A stretch of DNA of 55,312 bases from Chloroflexota bacterium (lineage in GTDB: Bacteria > Chloroflexota > Dehalococcoidia > Lucifugimonadales > UBA3495): positions 1-55,312 of the forward strand of contig JAQBVF010000023.1 in the NCBI GenBank assembly GCA_027623675.1, given 5' to 3'. Numbering within the stretch: position 1 is the first letter of the stretch; every line of letters begins with the position of its first letter. The notes under the pieces were generated by a model, which saw only the letters and a list, made by a program, of their open reading frames with translations, had not been told where the DNA came from and searched no databases. A program made the translations under genes and the position numbers. This document shows, piece after piece, positions 9,886 through 20,116 of the stretch.

Positions 9886-11262
9886 ATGCTTCGGTTCGGA
9901 TTGACCCCAGCCGGTTTCGCGCTTGGCAGGCGGAACGTCCACTACTCATGGGTGATCGTCGGCGTCGCCTCGATGATGTGGATGACCAGCTCCGGCATGC
10001 GTTTCGCCGCCAGCTTATTGGTGGACGAGTTCAACAAGCCCGAATACTTCGGCTGGAGCATCGGCGCCATCACCCTGGGCTTCACCATTCAGTGGCTCGT
10101 TTCGGGCGCGTTGGCCCCGGTATCGGGCTGGCTGGGCGACCGTTACGGCGTGCGCCGGGTCATGTGGGCCGGCGGCATCCTCTTCATCGCCGGAATGGTC
10201 CTGACCGGGGCCATGACCCATCTGTGGGAGTTCTACCTCTACTTCGGCCTGATATTGGCCGCCGGCATGGCCGCTTTTCAGGTAACCCTGGTCTCCGGCG
10301 TGACCCTCTGGTTCCGCAAGCAATTGGGCCTGGCCATGGGGATACTCCAGGCGCTCCAGGGAATGGGCACCGCCGGCGCCATCCTCATGGTCTTCATCCT
10401 CTTTGAGGCGTTCGGACTCCGCTGGACGTTCTGGATCCCCGGGGTTCTGGGCGGCGCGCTCCTCATGTTCCTGGTGCGCTTTTTCCACAACGAGCCTGCG
10501 GCCATCGGCCTGCGGCAATGGGGCGCGCCGGACGACGAACCCATCCGCAAGATGCAGAACAACGAAGTTGCCAAGGTCCGCACCAAGGTATTCCTGAAAC
10601 AGGCCCAGAAGACCAGCGCCTTCTGGAACCTGGTGGGCATCCATTTCTGGGGCTGCGCCGCCCACAATATCATCTTGATCCTGCTGGTGGCCATGGTCAC
10701 ATTTGCCGGCCACTCCAAGGGCACGGCGGTGGCGGTGTACCTGACCCTAACCGTCGTCAGCACCATCACCCGGTTCGCCGTGCCGGTCCTGGCCGACCGC
10801 TTCGGCGCCAGGACCATCATGAAGCTCTGCTTCTCCGCGCAGACCTTCCCATTGCTGCTCCTGCTGGTAAATCAGGACGTATCGACCTTCTTCATATTCG
10901 CGGCGCTATTCGGCTTCGGCATGGGCGGCGAGATGACCGCCTTCCCCATCATCAACCGCCAGTATTACGGCGATGCCCCAACCGGCACCACCTACGGCTG
11001 GCAGATGGCCGGGGCGGGCGTCGGCATGGCCATCGGGCCGATCCTGGGCGGGTTCCTGAAAGACTGGACGGACACCTACACCTGGTCTGTCCTGCTGTCG
11101 TTCGGCCTCAGCTTCACCGCGGTGGTGTCCATCTTCTTCCTGCCGGCCACGGACCACCATCAACTGCCAGACTGGGAGGACGCGCTGCCCGAGGAAGCCA
11201 GGGGAACGGCTGGGGCAAGCGGCATCGCCGCCGCGCCTGCCGCCGAGGGGTCGGACGATTAA
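9886..11262 (+). CDS. MFS transporter
   Basis: About 12 TM helices with motif A GWLGDRYGVR and LADRFGAR. GGGAGGG RBS before ATG 9886. Confidence 0.9.
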   Translation: MLRFGLTPAGFALGRRNVHYSWVIVGVASMMWMTSSGMRFAASLLVDEFNKPEYFGWSIGAITLGFTIQWLVSGALAPVSGWLGDRYGVRRVMWAGGILFIAGMVLTGAMTHLWEFYLYFGLILAAGMAAFQVTLVSGVTLWFRKQLGLAMGILQALQGMGTAGAILMVFILFEAFGLRWTFWIPGVLGGALLMFLVRFFHNEPAAIGLRQWGAPDDEPIRKMQNNEVAKVRTKVFLKQAQKTSAFWNLVGIHFWGCAAHNIILILLVAMVTFAGHSKGTAVAVYLTLTVVSTITRFAVPVLADRFGARTIMKLCFSAQTFPLLLLLVNQDVSTFFIFAALFGFGMGGEMTAFPIINRQYYGDAPTGTTYGWQMAGAGVGMAIGPILGGFLKDWTDTYTWSVLLSFGLSFTAVVSIFFLPATDHHQLPDWEDALPEEARGTAGASGIAAAPAAEGSDD

Positions 11263-11284
11263 CGCGGCGGTCCGGTTCTAACCC

Positions 11285-12034
11285 ATGGCGCAAGAAACAC
11301 TTTGGGATGACGAAGAATCCCAGCGAAGCCCGACCATCTCCGCCACGGAGTTGGGCGCTTACGCGCGGCCCCGGTTCTGCTCCCGCTGCGCCTGGGTTAG
11401 GCTGCACGTGAAAAACCTGCCCTACCAGAGCTTTCCGGGCATCTTCAGCAGCATCGACCGCTACAACAAGTTGGTCGTGCACAACCATTTCGACCGCGAG
11501 CATGCCGCGCCGTCCTGGCTGGCGGAACTGGGCGAAAGCGGCGAATACGTCAACCCGCCCCACTGGTCCAAGTTCAAGATTCTGGACGGCGAAACAGGGA
11601 TAACGCTGCGCGGCGAGGCCGACGGCATCTTCAAACTCGCCGACGGTTCCTACGCGATCGTCGATTACAAAACGTCCCGCTACGATCCCGACCGTCCCGG
11701 AATGTTCCCCAACTACGAGGTCCAGTTGAACGCCTACGCCGTCATCGCCGAGCGGTTGGGGCTGTCGCCGGTATCCAAGCTGGCCCTGGTTTACATGGAG
11801 CCGGTCACCGACAAAGACTCCGCCCAAGAACCGGGCCTGGTCGACCAACAGGGGTTCGTGATGGGCTTCCGCGCCAGGGTGGTCCCGGTGGATCTCAGAC
11901 CGGCCCAGTTGCTGCCCCCGCTCCTCCGCAAAGCGAGAAGCCTCTGGGATATGGCCGACCCTCCGGCCCAGGCCAAGGACTGCAAGGACTGCGCGGCGGT
12001 CACCGGACTGATCGGACGCCTGGGCGGCGCTTAG
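11285..12034 (+). CDS. PD-(D/E)XK nuclease family protein (RecB/Cas4-like fold)
   Basis: LRGEADG, IVDYKT and QLNAYA motifs, with CSRC near the N-terminus and CKDC near the C-terminus. Confidence 0.85.
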   Translation: MAQETLWDDEESQRSPTISATELGAYARPRFCSRCAWVRLHVKNLPYQSFPGIFSSIDRYNKLVVHNHFDREHAAPSWLAELGESGEYVNPPHWSKFKILDGETGITLRGEADGIFKLADGSYAIVDYKTSRYDPDRPGMFPNYEVQLNAYAVIAERLGLSPVSKLALVYMEPVTDKDSAQEPGLVDQQGFVMGFRARVVPVDLRPAQLLPPLLRKARSLWDMADPPAQAKDCKDCAAVTGLIGRLGGA

Positions 12035-12753
12035 ACCGGAACGCCCAGTTGCCGAGCCAAGCCGGGGAACCCGTCAGCCACGATGTCGTGCGCCGGGTTG
12101 GGTTCGGGGTCGGGAGGCCCGGCGGCGCCCCACTCGTCGGGCCGCCTGATGAACGCGGTCTTGAACCCGGCCTGCTTCGCCCCATCCAGGTCGAAGTTGT
12201 GGCAGGCGACCATCAAACATTCCTCGGGCTTCAGCTGCAGCCAGCTTGCGCCCGTCAGATAGGCTTCGGGCAGGGTCTTGTACTTCCCGATGCCCTCGCA
12301 GGAGATGACGGCGTCCCAACTCAGACCGTTCCGCTTGGCGGTGTCGATCACGATGCGAAAGCTTAAGATGGTCAGCGAGGCGCAGATGAACCTTTCCCGC
12401 AGTTTGGGCAAGACCGCCGGAAAATCGGGCCAGGCAACCAAATTGTGGGCCGCCGTCCACCAGATGCCGTAACGCTCTTCCTCGGTGATGGCGTCCAGCC
12501 CATTTTCCGCGATCAATTCGTCCAACACAGTCCGGTGGGAATCGTCGAAGTTGTACTCCGGTGGAGTGTGTTCGCCCAGGTTCACCATCCGGCGCAAAGA
12601 CCGGCGGCGCAATTCGTTGGCGATGGACGGCCAGTCCCGCACCAGGCCGTGCTTGGCCCCGGCTGCGGCCAGTGCGCCGCTGAATCCAGTGTGCCAGTCC
12701 AGTATCGTCCCGCCGGTGTCAAATGCCAGGGCTTTTATGTCTTCGAGACCCAT
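12031..12753 (-). CDS. Haloacid dehalogenase type II-like HAD hydrolase
   Basis: ALAFDTGGTILDW, YK, MVACHNFDL and GFKTAFIRRPDEWG motifs. Confidence 0.88.
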   Translation of the reverse strand: MGLEDIKALAFDTGGTILDWHTGFSGALAAAGAKHGLVRDWPSIANELRRRSLRRMVNLGEHTPPEYNFDDSHRTVLDELIAENGLDAITEEERYGIWWTAAHNLVAWPDFPAVLPKLRERFICASLTILSFRIVIDTAKRNGLSWDAVISCEGIGKYKTLPEAYLTGASWLQLKPEECLMVACHNFDLDGAKQAGFKTAFIRRPDEWGAAGPPDPEPNPAHDIVADGFPGLARQLGVPV

Positions 12754-12862
12754 GGTCAGCCGTCTCCTGCCCGCATGTTGCCCAAATCAAATTTGCCCGG
12801 ATATCGCCTAGCTGGGGCGTGACCCGCGCCGTCACCGAAGCAGTCTCACGGCCCTAGTAGAC

Positions 12863-13759
12863 CTACAGGTCCGACAGTCCGACAGCCCCAACCAGGCGGT
12901 GAAACTCCGCTTTGGTCTCATCGGTGACGCCCGGCCCCGGAGCGCGCACCTTGGGGTTCTCGATGAACCCTCGGCTGTGCAGCGCGTACTTGCGGATGGC
13001 CACACCGATCCCCTCTTGGAACTCGAATAGCATCAGCGGCAGGCAGCGGTTGAACAATTCTTCGGCTTTCGTTCGGTCGCCCTCGGCCATCTGGCGGCAG
13101 ATATCCACCAGCACCTCGGGGTAGGCGAATCCGGTCATTGCGCCGGCGGACCCTCGGGCCAGCTCCTCCAGCAGAAACACCCCTCCCAGTCCGCCGAAGA
13201 TGGGCATGTCGTCGCCGACCAGCTTGCGGATGGCGGAGATCTTAGGCGGTGTCGGCGGGTCTTCCAGCTTCAGATACTGGGCCGCGGGGATGCCATTTGA
13301 GAGCCGGGCAACGAATTCGGGAGACATGTGGACGCCCGAGGTGCTGGGGTAGTCTTGGACCACAATGGGCACGTCGATGGCGTCGGCCAGCCGGGCGTAG
13401 TGCGCGAAAACGGCATCGGGATTGGGCTTGCCCATGGGCGGAGGCGAAACCATGACCGCCGCCGCACCCAACTCCTGCGCGTCCTTGCTGTACTGGATGG
13501 CCGCCGCGGTACTGGCGGCGGTGGCGCCCACGGTTACTGGGTAGCCTTCGGCACGAGTGATAACCACCTCGGCCACCTCATGACGCTCGCGGTCGGTTAG
13601 GCGGGCAACCTCGCCAGTCACACCCAAACAAACCATGCCTTGGCAGCCCGAGGAAACCGCCTTGTCCACCAGATTGGCCATGGACGCCTTGTCCATGCCC
13701 TCATCCTCGTGGAATGGGGTAGCCAGCATCCAGTGGACCCCAGAAAATCTCTCAACCAT
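12863..13759 (-). CDS. Dihydrodipicolinate synthase (DapA-like) family aldolase
   Basis: TPF, LGVTGE, VVQDYP and LKLEDPP (Schiff-base lysine). GGAGG RBS before ATG 13759. Confidence 0.88.
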   Translation of the reverse strand: MVERFSGVHWMLATPFHEDEGMDKASMANLVDKAVSSGCQGMVCLGVTGEVARLTDRERHEVAEVVITRAEGYPVTVGATAASTAAAIQYSKDAQELGAAAVMVSPPPMGKPNPDAVFAHYARLADAIDVPIVVQDYPSTSGVHMSPEFVARLSNGIPAAQYLKLEDPPTPPKISAIRKLVGDDMPIFGGLGGVFLLEELARGSAGAMTGFAYPEVLVDICRQMAEGDRTKAEELFNRCLPLMLFEFQEGIGVAIRKYALHSRGFIENPKVRAPGPGVTDETKAEFHRLVGAVGLSDL

Positions 13760-13924
13760 GGAAAACCTCCGAATCAGTGTCAGCAGGGAATATTCTACCG
13801 CCAATGGCGGGTTTCGCGCTTCGCTATGGCGCCAACACTCTGTCCGTCCGCTCGCGCCGACCCGGTCGAACGACCTTGCCAGAGGGATAAGACCCCCTTA
13901 GCACCGTTACAAAAGGTGAAACCT

Positions 13925-13955
13925 CGCCTTAGCCAGGCTGAGCCTGGCTAAGGCG
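13925..13955. repeat. Perfect 14-bp inverted repeat overlapping the qor stop
   Basis: CGCCTTAGCCAGGC-TGA-GCCTGGCTAAGGCG. Confidence 0.85.
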
Positions 13956-14937
13956 TAAGCAGTATCTTTCCCGTGGTCTCCCGGCCTTCCAGTTGGCGGT
14001 GGGCTTCCTTGGCCTCGGCCAGGGGCAGGGTCAGGCCGATATGCAATTTGAGGTCTCCCGATTGCACCCAGCCTAGCACCTCCTCGGCACGTTGGAGCAG
14101 TTCGTCCCTCGTGGCGGTGTAATCGCCCAGGCTGGGGCGGGTCAGGAACAGCGAGCCGTTCTGTAGAGCGCGGGTGTTGGTGTCGGTCACCGCACCGCCG
14201 GCCTGGCCGTACAAGACCATGTAACCGCGACGGCCCAGGCACTTGAACCCCTTCTCGAAGGTGGTCTGGCCGACGGCATCCAGCACCATGCGCACGCCCT
14301 GGCCGCCGGTGGCCTTGCGTATCTCCGCTTCGAAGTCCTGCTGGGTGTAGAGGATGGTCTGGTCGGCACCGGCCTTTTTGGCCGATTCGGCCTTGGCCTC
14401 CGTGGAAACGGTGGTAAAGACGTGGACCCCCAGGCGCTTCAGCAATTGGATCAAGAGCAGGCCCATCCCGCCGGCCCCGGCGTGGACCAGGACCTGGTCG
14501 CCGGGATTCAGCCTAGCGATGCCAAAGACCAGGAAGTGGGCGGTCATGCCTTGGAGCAGCGACGCCGAGCCGGTGACGTAGTCCATGGAATCGGGGATGC
14601 GCACCAGCAGCCAGGAGGGCACCGCCTGACGCTCGGCGTAGGAGCCGGTGTGCATGGCATAGGCCACCCGGTCGCCGACAACCACCTCGTCAACGCCGTC
14701 GCCGATGGCGGTGACCACCCCACAGGCCTCCCGTCCCGGCGTCCACGGGAATGCTGCCGGCGGGTTGGTGCCCTTGCGGCTGGAGACATCGGTGTAATTG
14801 ACTCCGATGGACTTGATATCAACGACAGCCTGCCCTGGGCCGGGGACCGGCTCGGGAACATCTTCCAGTTTCAGTACCTCTGGGCCGCCGATCTCGTACG
14901 CGCGTATCGCTTTCATGCCTGCCTCGCTGGTCGTCAA
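13948..14937 (-). CDS. qor: NADPH:quinone oxidoreductase (zeta-crystallin/MDR family)
   Basis: GGPEVL, HAGAGGMG, YGQAGG, SLFLTRPSL, RETTGKILL. Confidence 0.9.
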   Translation of the reverse strand: MTTSEAGMKAIRAYEIGGPEVLKLEDVPEPVPGPGQAVVDIKSIGVNYTDVSSRKGTNPPAAFPWTPGREACGVVTAIGDGVDEVVVGDRVAYAMHTGSYAERQAVPSWLLVRIPDSMDYVTGSASLLQGMTAHFLVFGIARLNPGDQVLVHAGAGGMGLLLIQLLKRLGVHVFTTVSTEAKAESAKKAGADQTILYTQQDFEAEIRKATGGQGVRMVLDAVGQTTFEKGFKCLGRRGYMVLYGQAGGAVTDTNTRALQNGSLFLTRPSLGDYTATRDELLQRAEEVLGWVQSGDLKLHIGLTLPLAEAKEAHRQLEGRETTGKILLTP

Positions 14938-15148
14938 GTATGCTGGGTCGATCTGGGAGCTAGGTTACAACACCGGCGGTGACGAGGGAAGATAGACCAC
15001 TCAGGCTTGGTGGTACGGCGGGAAGTTTACTTTGCGGCCTTGGTATGGTTTATTAATGTCTGCGACGTGGTCCGCCGGAGATTGGTAAGGTCAGCTTCGG
15101 AACCGCGACATGAGAACCCTTCGGGGAAAAATGGGAGTGGCTGAAGCT

Positions 15149-15922
15149 ATGAGTTTTGAGATGATAAAGACCGACCAGGTGGACCGGGTGGCGATCGTCA
15201 CTCTGAACCGGCCCGAGGTCTTGAACGCGCTGAGCCTCCAATTGGTGCGCGAACTGGACGAATTCGTTACCCAGGCAGAAGAGGACGACAGCATCGGCGC
15301 GATAGTGATCACCGGCGCCGGCGAGCGGGCGTTCTCCGCCGGGGCCGACATTCACGAGAACCGTGAGAACTCGGATGAACAGCGCGCCGCTGGCGCCGCC
15401 AAACGCGCCGAATACACCTGGCACCTGGCGGTGTCGTCCAAGCCGGTCATCGGGGCCGTCAACGGGCTGTGCTACGGCGGCGGCACCGTCATGGCCACCA
15501 GCCTGGACTTCCTCATGGGCTGCGAGAAGACCAGCTTCCGTTTCCTAGCGGTGAACTATGGCCAGCTGAACGCCACCTGGAGCCTGCCCACCATGGTTGG
15601 GTGGCCCAAGGCCAAGGAGCTGCTCTACAGTGGACGCGAAGTATTCGCCGACGAGGCCTACCACATCGGCCTGATCAACCACCTGGTGCCGTCCGGCGAG
15701 TTGATGGACCGGACCATCGAGGCCGCCGCCGGCATCGCCAAGAACCGGGCCGAGGGCGTGGCCAACATCAAATCCCTGCTGATCGAACACACCGGCAACT
15801 CCCTGCAAACCCAGTTCCAGACCGAGATCGAAGGCCGAAAGGGCCGGTTCAAGGGTCTGACCGTGGAAGACGGCTTCAAGGATTTCCTGGAACGCAAGGG
15901 ACGGAAACCCCGCGTCTCTTAA
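15149..15922 (+). CDS. Enoyl-CoA hydratase/isomerase family protein
   Basis: TLNRPEVLNAL, FSAGADI, KPVIGAVNG. Confidence 0.9.
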   Translation: MSFEMIKTDQVDRVAIVTLNRPEVLNALSLQLVRELDEFVTQAEEDDSIGAIVITGAGERAFSAGADIHENRENSDEQRAAGAAKRAEYTWHLAVSSKPVIGAVNGLCYGGGTVMATSLDFLMGCEKTSFRFLAVNYGQLNATWSLPTMVGWPKAKELLYSGREVFADEAYHIGLINHLVPSGELMDRTIEAAAGIAKNRAEGVANIKSLLIEHTGNSLQTQFQTEIEGRKGRFKGLTVEDGFKDFLERKGRKPRVS

Positions 15923-15947
15923 ACCCATCCCCGGTCGAGAATCTACT

Positions 15948-15979
15948 AAAGGCCTCTGGACGATGTTCGGGGGCCTTTT
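15948..15979 (+). terminator. Rho-independent terminator
   Basis: AAAGGCCTCTGGA/TTCGGGGGCCTTTT hairpin after the ECH gene. Confidence 0.7.
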
Positions 15980-16080
15980 GCTTGGGAGGTACTCTCTTGT
16001 GCCGGTATTCACCACTGGGGTAGAGTAAGTGCCGCTGAAATATCGCCGGGACTTCACCGGCGCCGTATCGAATCGCCAAG

Positions 16081-17514
16081 ATGATCGATCTCCTAACCAT
16101 CAATAACATGCGCCCCAGCGCCATCGCCTTCCGCATCGGCTTGCCGCTGGGCGTTTTCTTGTTGGTCCTCCTGGCGCCCGACCCTGATGGACTCACCGAG
16201 CAGGGGCAGCGGGCGTTGGCCGTGATGGCCCTGGCGGTTGTCCTCTGGGCCACCGAAACCCTGCACATCGCCGTTACCGGCTTGGTGGGTATCGTCATGC
16301 TGGTGCTGGTTGATGCCGTAGACGATGTGGACGGGGCGCTATACGGCTTCTCCCAGCCGGTCACCTATTTCCTGGTCGGCATCCTCACCCTGGGGTTGGG
16401 GGTCCACCGGTCTGGGCTGGCCGACCGGCTGGCCGTCTACCTGATCCGGTTCGCCGGCGGAAGCCCCAAGATGTTGTACGTTCAGATGTTGGCCGCCTTC
16501 GCCGGATTGACCTTCGCTCTGCCATCCGCCAGCACCCGCGGGGCCATCATGGTGCATGTGTACGAGCAGGTGATGGAGCACTGGGGGGTGGCGAAAACCG
16601 CGCCGCTGAACAAAGCAGTCATGATTGCCATGGGCGGACTGAACCGGCTCGGGTCCACCGCCCTGTTGGCCGGAGGAATAACACCGGTGGTGGCCTCGGC
16701 CCTGATCGCCGAATTCGGTGGCGTCGACTCCTTCTCATGGACCAGTTGGTTCATCCTGATGGCAGTGCCCTTTTATCTCATCTTGATATTCGGCGGACTG
16801 GCCGTTTTCCTGATGTACCGGTCGGGTTTCACCCTGCCCGAGGGCGCCACCATGGTCGAATTGACGGCCGGCCCGATCCAACCCAAAGAGATCAAAGCCG
16901 GGCTGATCGCCCTGGGAACCGCCCTGCTCTGGTTCACCGACTTTGCCCACGGATTGCCCCCGGCCGTGCCAGCCCTCATCGCCATGACCGTGATCCTGCT
17001 GCCGGGCATCGGTCTGCTGACGTGGCGAGAGATGGAAACCAACATGGGCTGGACCAACCTCTTTGTCATCGCGGCGTCTCTATCCATGGCTAACGCCCTG
17101 ATCGTAAGCGGCGCGGCGCAGTGGTTCGCCGAAACATTGGTGGGCAGCGTGGATGGCTTCCGCGACTACCCCACCCTGGTCCTCCTGGCGATGTCGGGAG
17201 CGGCGGCGGTTGTGCGGGTGGTGATGCCCAACATATCGGGATACCTGGCGTTCATCATCCCAGTGGCCATGTCCACCGGCGCGGCATTGGGGCTGAATCC
17301 CGTGGTCTGCGGTCTGGCGGTGGTCGTGGTGGGCGACTCGGTGGTGTTCTACCCCGCCAGCGCTACCGGAAGCGTTTTCATCTACCAGCGGGCAGAGATC
17401 AAGGCATCGGATGTGGTCCGCATGGGAATCATCATGACCTTCATCGCCATCGCGGTCCTCTTCACCATCGTCCTGCCATACTGGAGTTTGGTCGGCGAAA
17501 ACCTAACCGCCTAG
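16081..17514 (+). CDS. SLC13/DASS family (di/tricarboxylate or sulfate) permease
   Basis: LWATE, SGLADRLA, LPSASTRG and TWR.....GW patterns with many TM helices. Confidence 0.85.
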   Translation: MIDLLTINNMRPSAIAFRIGLPLGVFLLVLLAPDPDGLTEQGQRALAVMALAVVLWATETLHIAVTGLVGIVMLVLVDAVDDVDGALYGFSQPVTYFLVGILTLGLGVHRSGLADRLAVYLIRFAGGSPKMLYVQMLAAFAGLTFALPSASTRGAIMVHVYEQVMEHWGVAKTAPLNKAVMIAMGGLNRLGSTALLAGGITPVVASALIAEFGGVDSFSWTSWFILMAVPFYLILIFGGLAVFLMYRSGFTLPEGATMVELTAGPIQPKEIKAGLIALGTALLWFTDFAHGLPPAVPALIAMTVILLPGIGLLTWREMETNMGWTNLFVIAASLSMANALIVSGAAQWFAETLVGSVDGFRDYPTLVLLAMSGAAAVVRVVMPNISGYLAFIIPVAMSTGAALGLNPVVCGLAVVVVGDSVVFYPASATGSVFIYQRAEIKASDVVRMGIIMTFIAIAVLFTIVLPYWSLVGENLTA

Positions 17515-17641
17515 CCGTTCCAGGTTGCCGGCCAACCGTATTCATTCGAGCCGCGGCCGTATTCCTGACCCTATTTCCGCATTGAACTTCTAGCGAACTA
17601 CGAGCGACCCTTTAGCCCAACCCGCCACACGGAGGGCCGAC

Positions 17642-18082
17642 ATGACCGCCCCCAACAGCAGCCCCATTCCGCCCCTGGGACGCCGCAGCCCTACCCCCAA
17701 CGCCATCGCCCCCGACGGCTCGGAGATTCGCCTGCTGGTGGACACCGGCCAAGGCGCAACCAAGAGCAGCCTGGTTGAGGTCACCTTGCCCGCCGGACAG
17801 ACCACCCGCCCCATCTGGCACCGCACCGTGGAAGAGGTCTGGTACGTGCTGGAGGGAACCGGCAAAGTATGGCGCTGCCCGCCAGACACGCCGACCGCCT
17901 CCGCACCGCCGGTAAACGTCATCCCCGGCGACTCCCTAACGGTCCCCACCAACTGGCGCTTCCAATTCGCCGCCAACCCCAACGCGCCGCTGCGTTTCCT
18001 CTGCCACACCACCCCACCCTGGCCCGGCGAATACGAAGCTGTTCCGGCGGAGCAGGGAGGCTTGGGGGAGGCGACGGTTTAG
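17642..18082 (+). CDS. Cupin domain protein
   Basis: APDGSEIRLL, HRTVEEVWYVLEGTG, FQF, TPPWPG. Confidence 0.85.
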   Translation: MTAPNSSPIPPLGRRSPTPNAIAPDGSEIRLLVDTGQGATKSSLVEVTLPAGQTTRPIWHRTVEEVWYVLEGTGKVWRCPPDTPTASAPPVNVIPGDSLTVPTNWRFQFAANPNAPLRFLCHTTPPWPGEYEAVPAEQGGLGEATV

Positions 18083-18403
18083 TTTTTCTGGTCGTATCGA
18101 ATAGCTAGGTCTGAGAAAACTAAGACTTCTGCGCAATCTGCCTTGGTCGACTTGCGAATATCGCATGTGCGCTACGTGGCTTGGGTCAGAATAGCCTACG
18201 CTTGACCTACTTCATCGTTTGAATTTAAGACCTCGGTCGTATCCCTAAAACACGCCGGCATAGAGTAAAAGTACAGTCACTCACTGACCTTTTTCCAGAC
18301 CTGCCTACCTACCAAAGGCTGATGCCACCGACCTTCCGGCTGCCCTAAGCTGAAAGACGAAAGCGATTACCATCCACAATTCCAACCGAATAGGCGAGGC
18401 CTT

Positions 18404-18799
18404 ATGGCTCTATATTTTCTACTTGGGACCCTGACTCCGGAAGGGCAGCGAATGTTGCATAACAATCCTGACCTGATGGCGCAAGCGAGCCGGGCTTGCA
18501 GCAGCAACGACGCGACCATCCTAGGCCAATACGCCGTTATCGGAAAACCCGATTTTCTAACCATGGTCGAGGCTGACGACAATGAGGCCATCGCAAGGCT
18601 TTCTCTGGAGATTGGCGTCCAGGCCGGTTTGCATATTGAAACTTTGCCCGCAATCGCGATTGGTTTCCTGGCTGAACCCGGACCTCCTGACCGAGAGGGT
18701 GAAGCTGAAGAGGCTAACGTCCCGGTCAACGAAAGGATATTGCTTACCCACGATTCCCTACCCCCGGTTGCCGATGTCTACGGCCGCAGAAGGGAATAG
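18404..18799 (+). CDS. GYD-domain protein
   Basis: YFLLGTLTPEG, QYAVIGKPDFLTMVEADD and ETLPAI match the GYD family pattern. Confidence 0.75.
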   Translation: MALYFLLGTLTPEGQRMLHNNPDLMAQASRACSSNDATILGQYAVIGKPDFLTMVEADDNEAIARLSLEIGVQAGLHIETLPAIAIGFLAEPGPPDREGEAEEANVPVNERILLTHDSLPPVADVYGRRRE

Positions 18800-18874
18800 G
18801 GACTAAGAGAGAAGCTTCAACATCCGCGATCGGGAAACACCCGACAACGGGCTATATGAAATGGACGCAGCCGG

Positions 18875-19369
18875 TTAGAGGTGCTCTTTCAAGTCCTCGG
18901 CTCGCAACGATTGGACGCTTTCCTGGGTGGCGCGGAGCCGGTCGGCGACCAAGTTGACCAGATTGGTCGTCAACCGAAAGCCCAGGCTGTGGTCCTGTTC
19001 CATCAGTTCACGTAGCTTTGGAGCTTCAATCTCTATGAGCTGACATCGCCCCACAGTCTCAGCAGCAAAGGTAGCCAGATTGGGTTCGACGAGGGCGGGC
19101 CAACCGAAGGTTCCGCCCTTTTCGATAGAACTGACTATGGACGTGAGAACCGCTCCCCGCTCCCAGATCTGCACGCCCATGGTTAGGTGCACCAGCCCTT
19201 GGTCCACCACGTAGAGGGTGTCCAGCTTCTGGTTCTGCCGGAACAACGTCACGCCACCCTGGTAACTCTTCGATGTAGCCAGGGGCAGGATAGCCGCTAG
19301 GTCATCCTGCGTAAGGCTGCCGAATAAGTCCGAGTCACTCAATGTGCGGCCGATCCCATCAGTGGTCAT
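18875..19369 (-). CDS. Stand-alone cyclic-nucleotide-binding domain protein
   Basis: LF..L...DL, LFRQ, LYVVDQGLV, GGTFGWPALV and a C-terminal RLR helix. No Crp HTH. Confidence 0.8.
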   Translation of the reverse strand: MTTDGIGRTLSDSDLFGSLTQDDLAAILPLATSKSYQGGVTLFRQNQKLDTLYVVDQGLVHLTMGVQIWERGAVLTSIVSSIEKGGTFGWPALVEPNLATFAAETVGRCQLIEIEAPKLRELMEQDHSLGFRLTTNLVNLVADRLRATQESVQSLRAEDLKEHL

Positions 19370-19526
19370 GTCTGTCGTCCATCCTGTTTGAAAATATGGC
19401 TTTTAAGATCTTTGGTTCGTCAAACCGGGACTTTCGCCAGGTCCAGGAAGCGCACAGCCCCGTTCAACTGCCGCCGCCGCCAAAACCCAATCTTGCCAAG
19501 CGTGGCTCGAACGGCTGGTATCGGTG

Positions 19527-19751
19527 CTACACTTTGTTCCCCCACGGAAAGGGGCGTCCGCAATTGAAGCAGTGGGCCGGGACAGTGCCCGTGGCGCCGC
19601 CTTCCTGTTCCCTCCACTCCCCAAGTCTCTGGGTGCAATTCCCACACTTACGGATCACCGTGCTTCCGTCGCGAGGGCAAAACCGCTCCTGCGAACCACA
19701 TAGATGGCCGTTTGCCTCACAGACGGAAAGGGGGTAGAAATCTTGCGGCAT
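19527..19751 (-). CDS. Small multi-zinc-ribbon protein (DUF2321-like)
   Basis: CEANGH...FCPRDG....KCGNC...PAHCFNCGRPFPW. Confidence 0.7.
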   Translation of the reverse strand: MPQDFYPLSVCEANGHLCGSQERFCPRDGSTVIRKCGNCTQRLGEWREQEGGATGTVPAHCFNCGRPFPWGNKV

Positions 19752-20058
19752 TTTTCCTGCGACCTCTGATTGTCTGATTGCCCACCGGTCTGGGCATGAT
19801 TTACCGCTCTTCAGGGCATCCACAACCAAAGAGCAAGTTTCGAACGCTTGCGGCCGTGTGCCTATATAAGATTAACAAAATCCGATTCAAATGGAATCTC
19901 AAAGCACCCACCACAAAAGCGGTTGATTAAGATCGTTCAGGGTTGGAAGCCGAGATCGTCAAAAGCGGTTATTCCAAAATATAAGGACGAACCAGAACCA
20001 GCAAACCTATTGATTCGTGATTCATTCAGGTGTAACTTGCCCGTCCAGCCACGGAAAC

Positions 20059-20088
20059 TTGACAACTAATTTTACCCAATCCTATACT
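20059..20088 (+). promoter_or_regulatory. Sigma70-type promoter of the trp operon
   Basis: TTGACA-18 nt-TATACT immediately before the T-box leader. Confidence 0.8.
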
Positions 20089-20116
20089 CACGACTACGAC
20101 AAACGAATATTGCTAA

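Noticed and set aside
11285..12034. cas4 call
   Set aside because: The Cys pattern is 2+2 rather than 1+3, and there is no cas1, cas2 or array in the window.
19403..19529. Stop read-through extension of the zinc-ribbon protein
   Set aside because: The frame after TAG closes again after about 20 codons with no recognisable domain.
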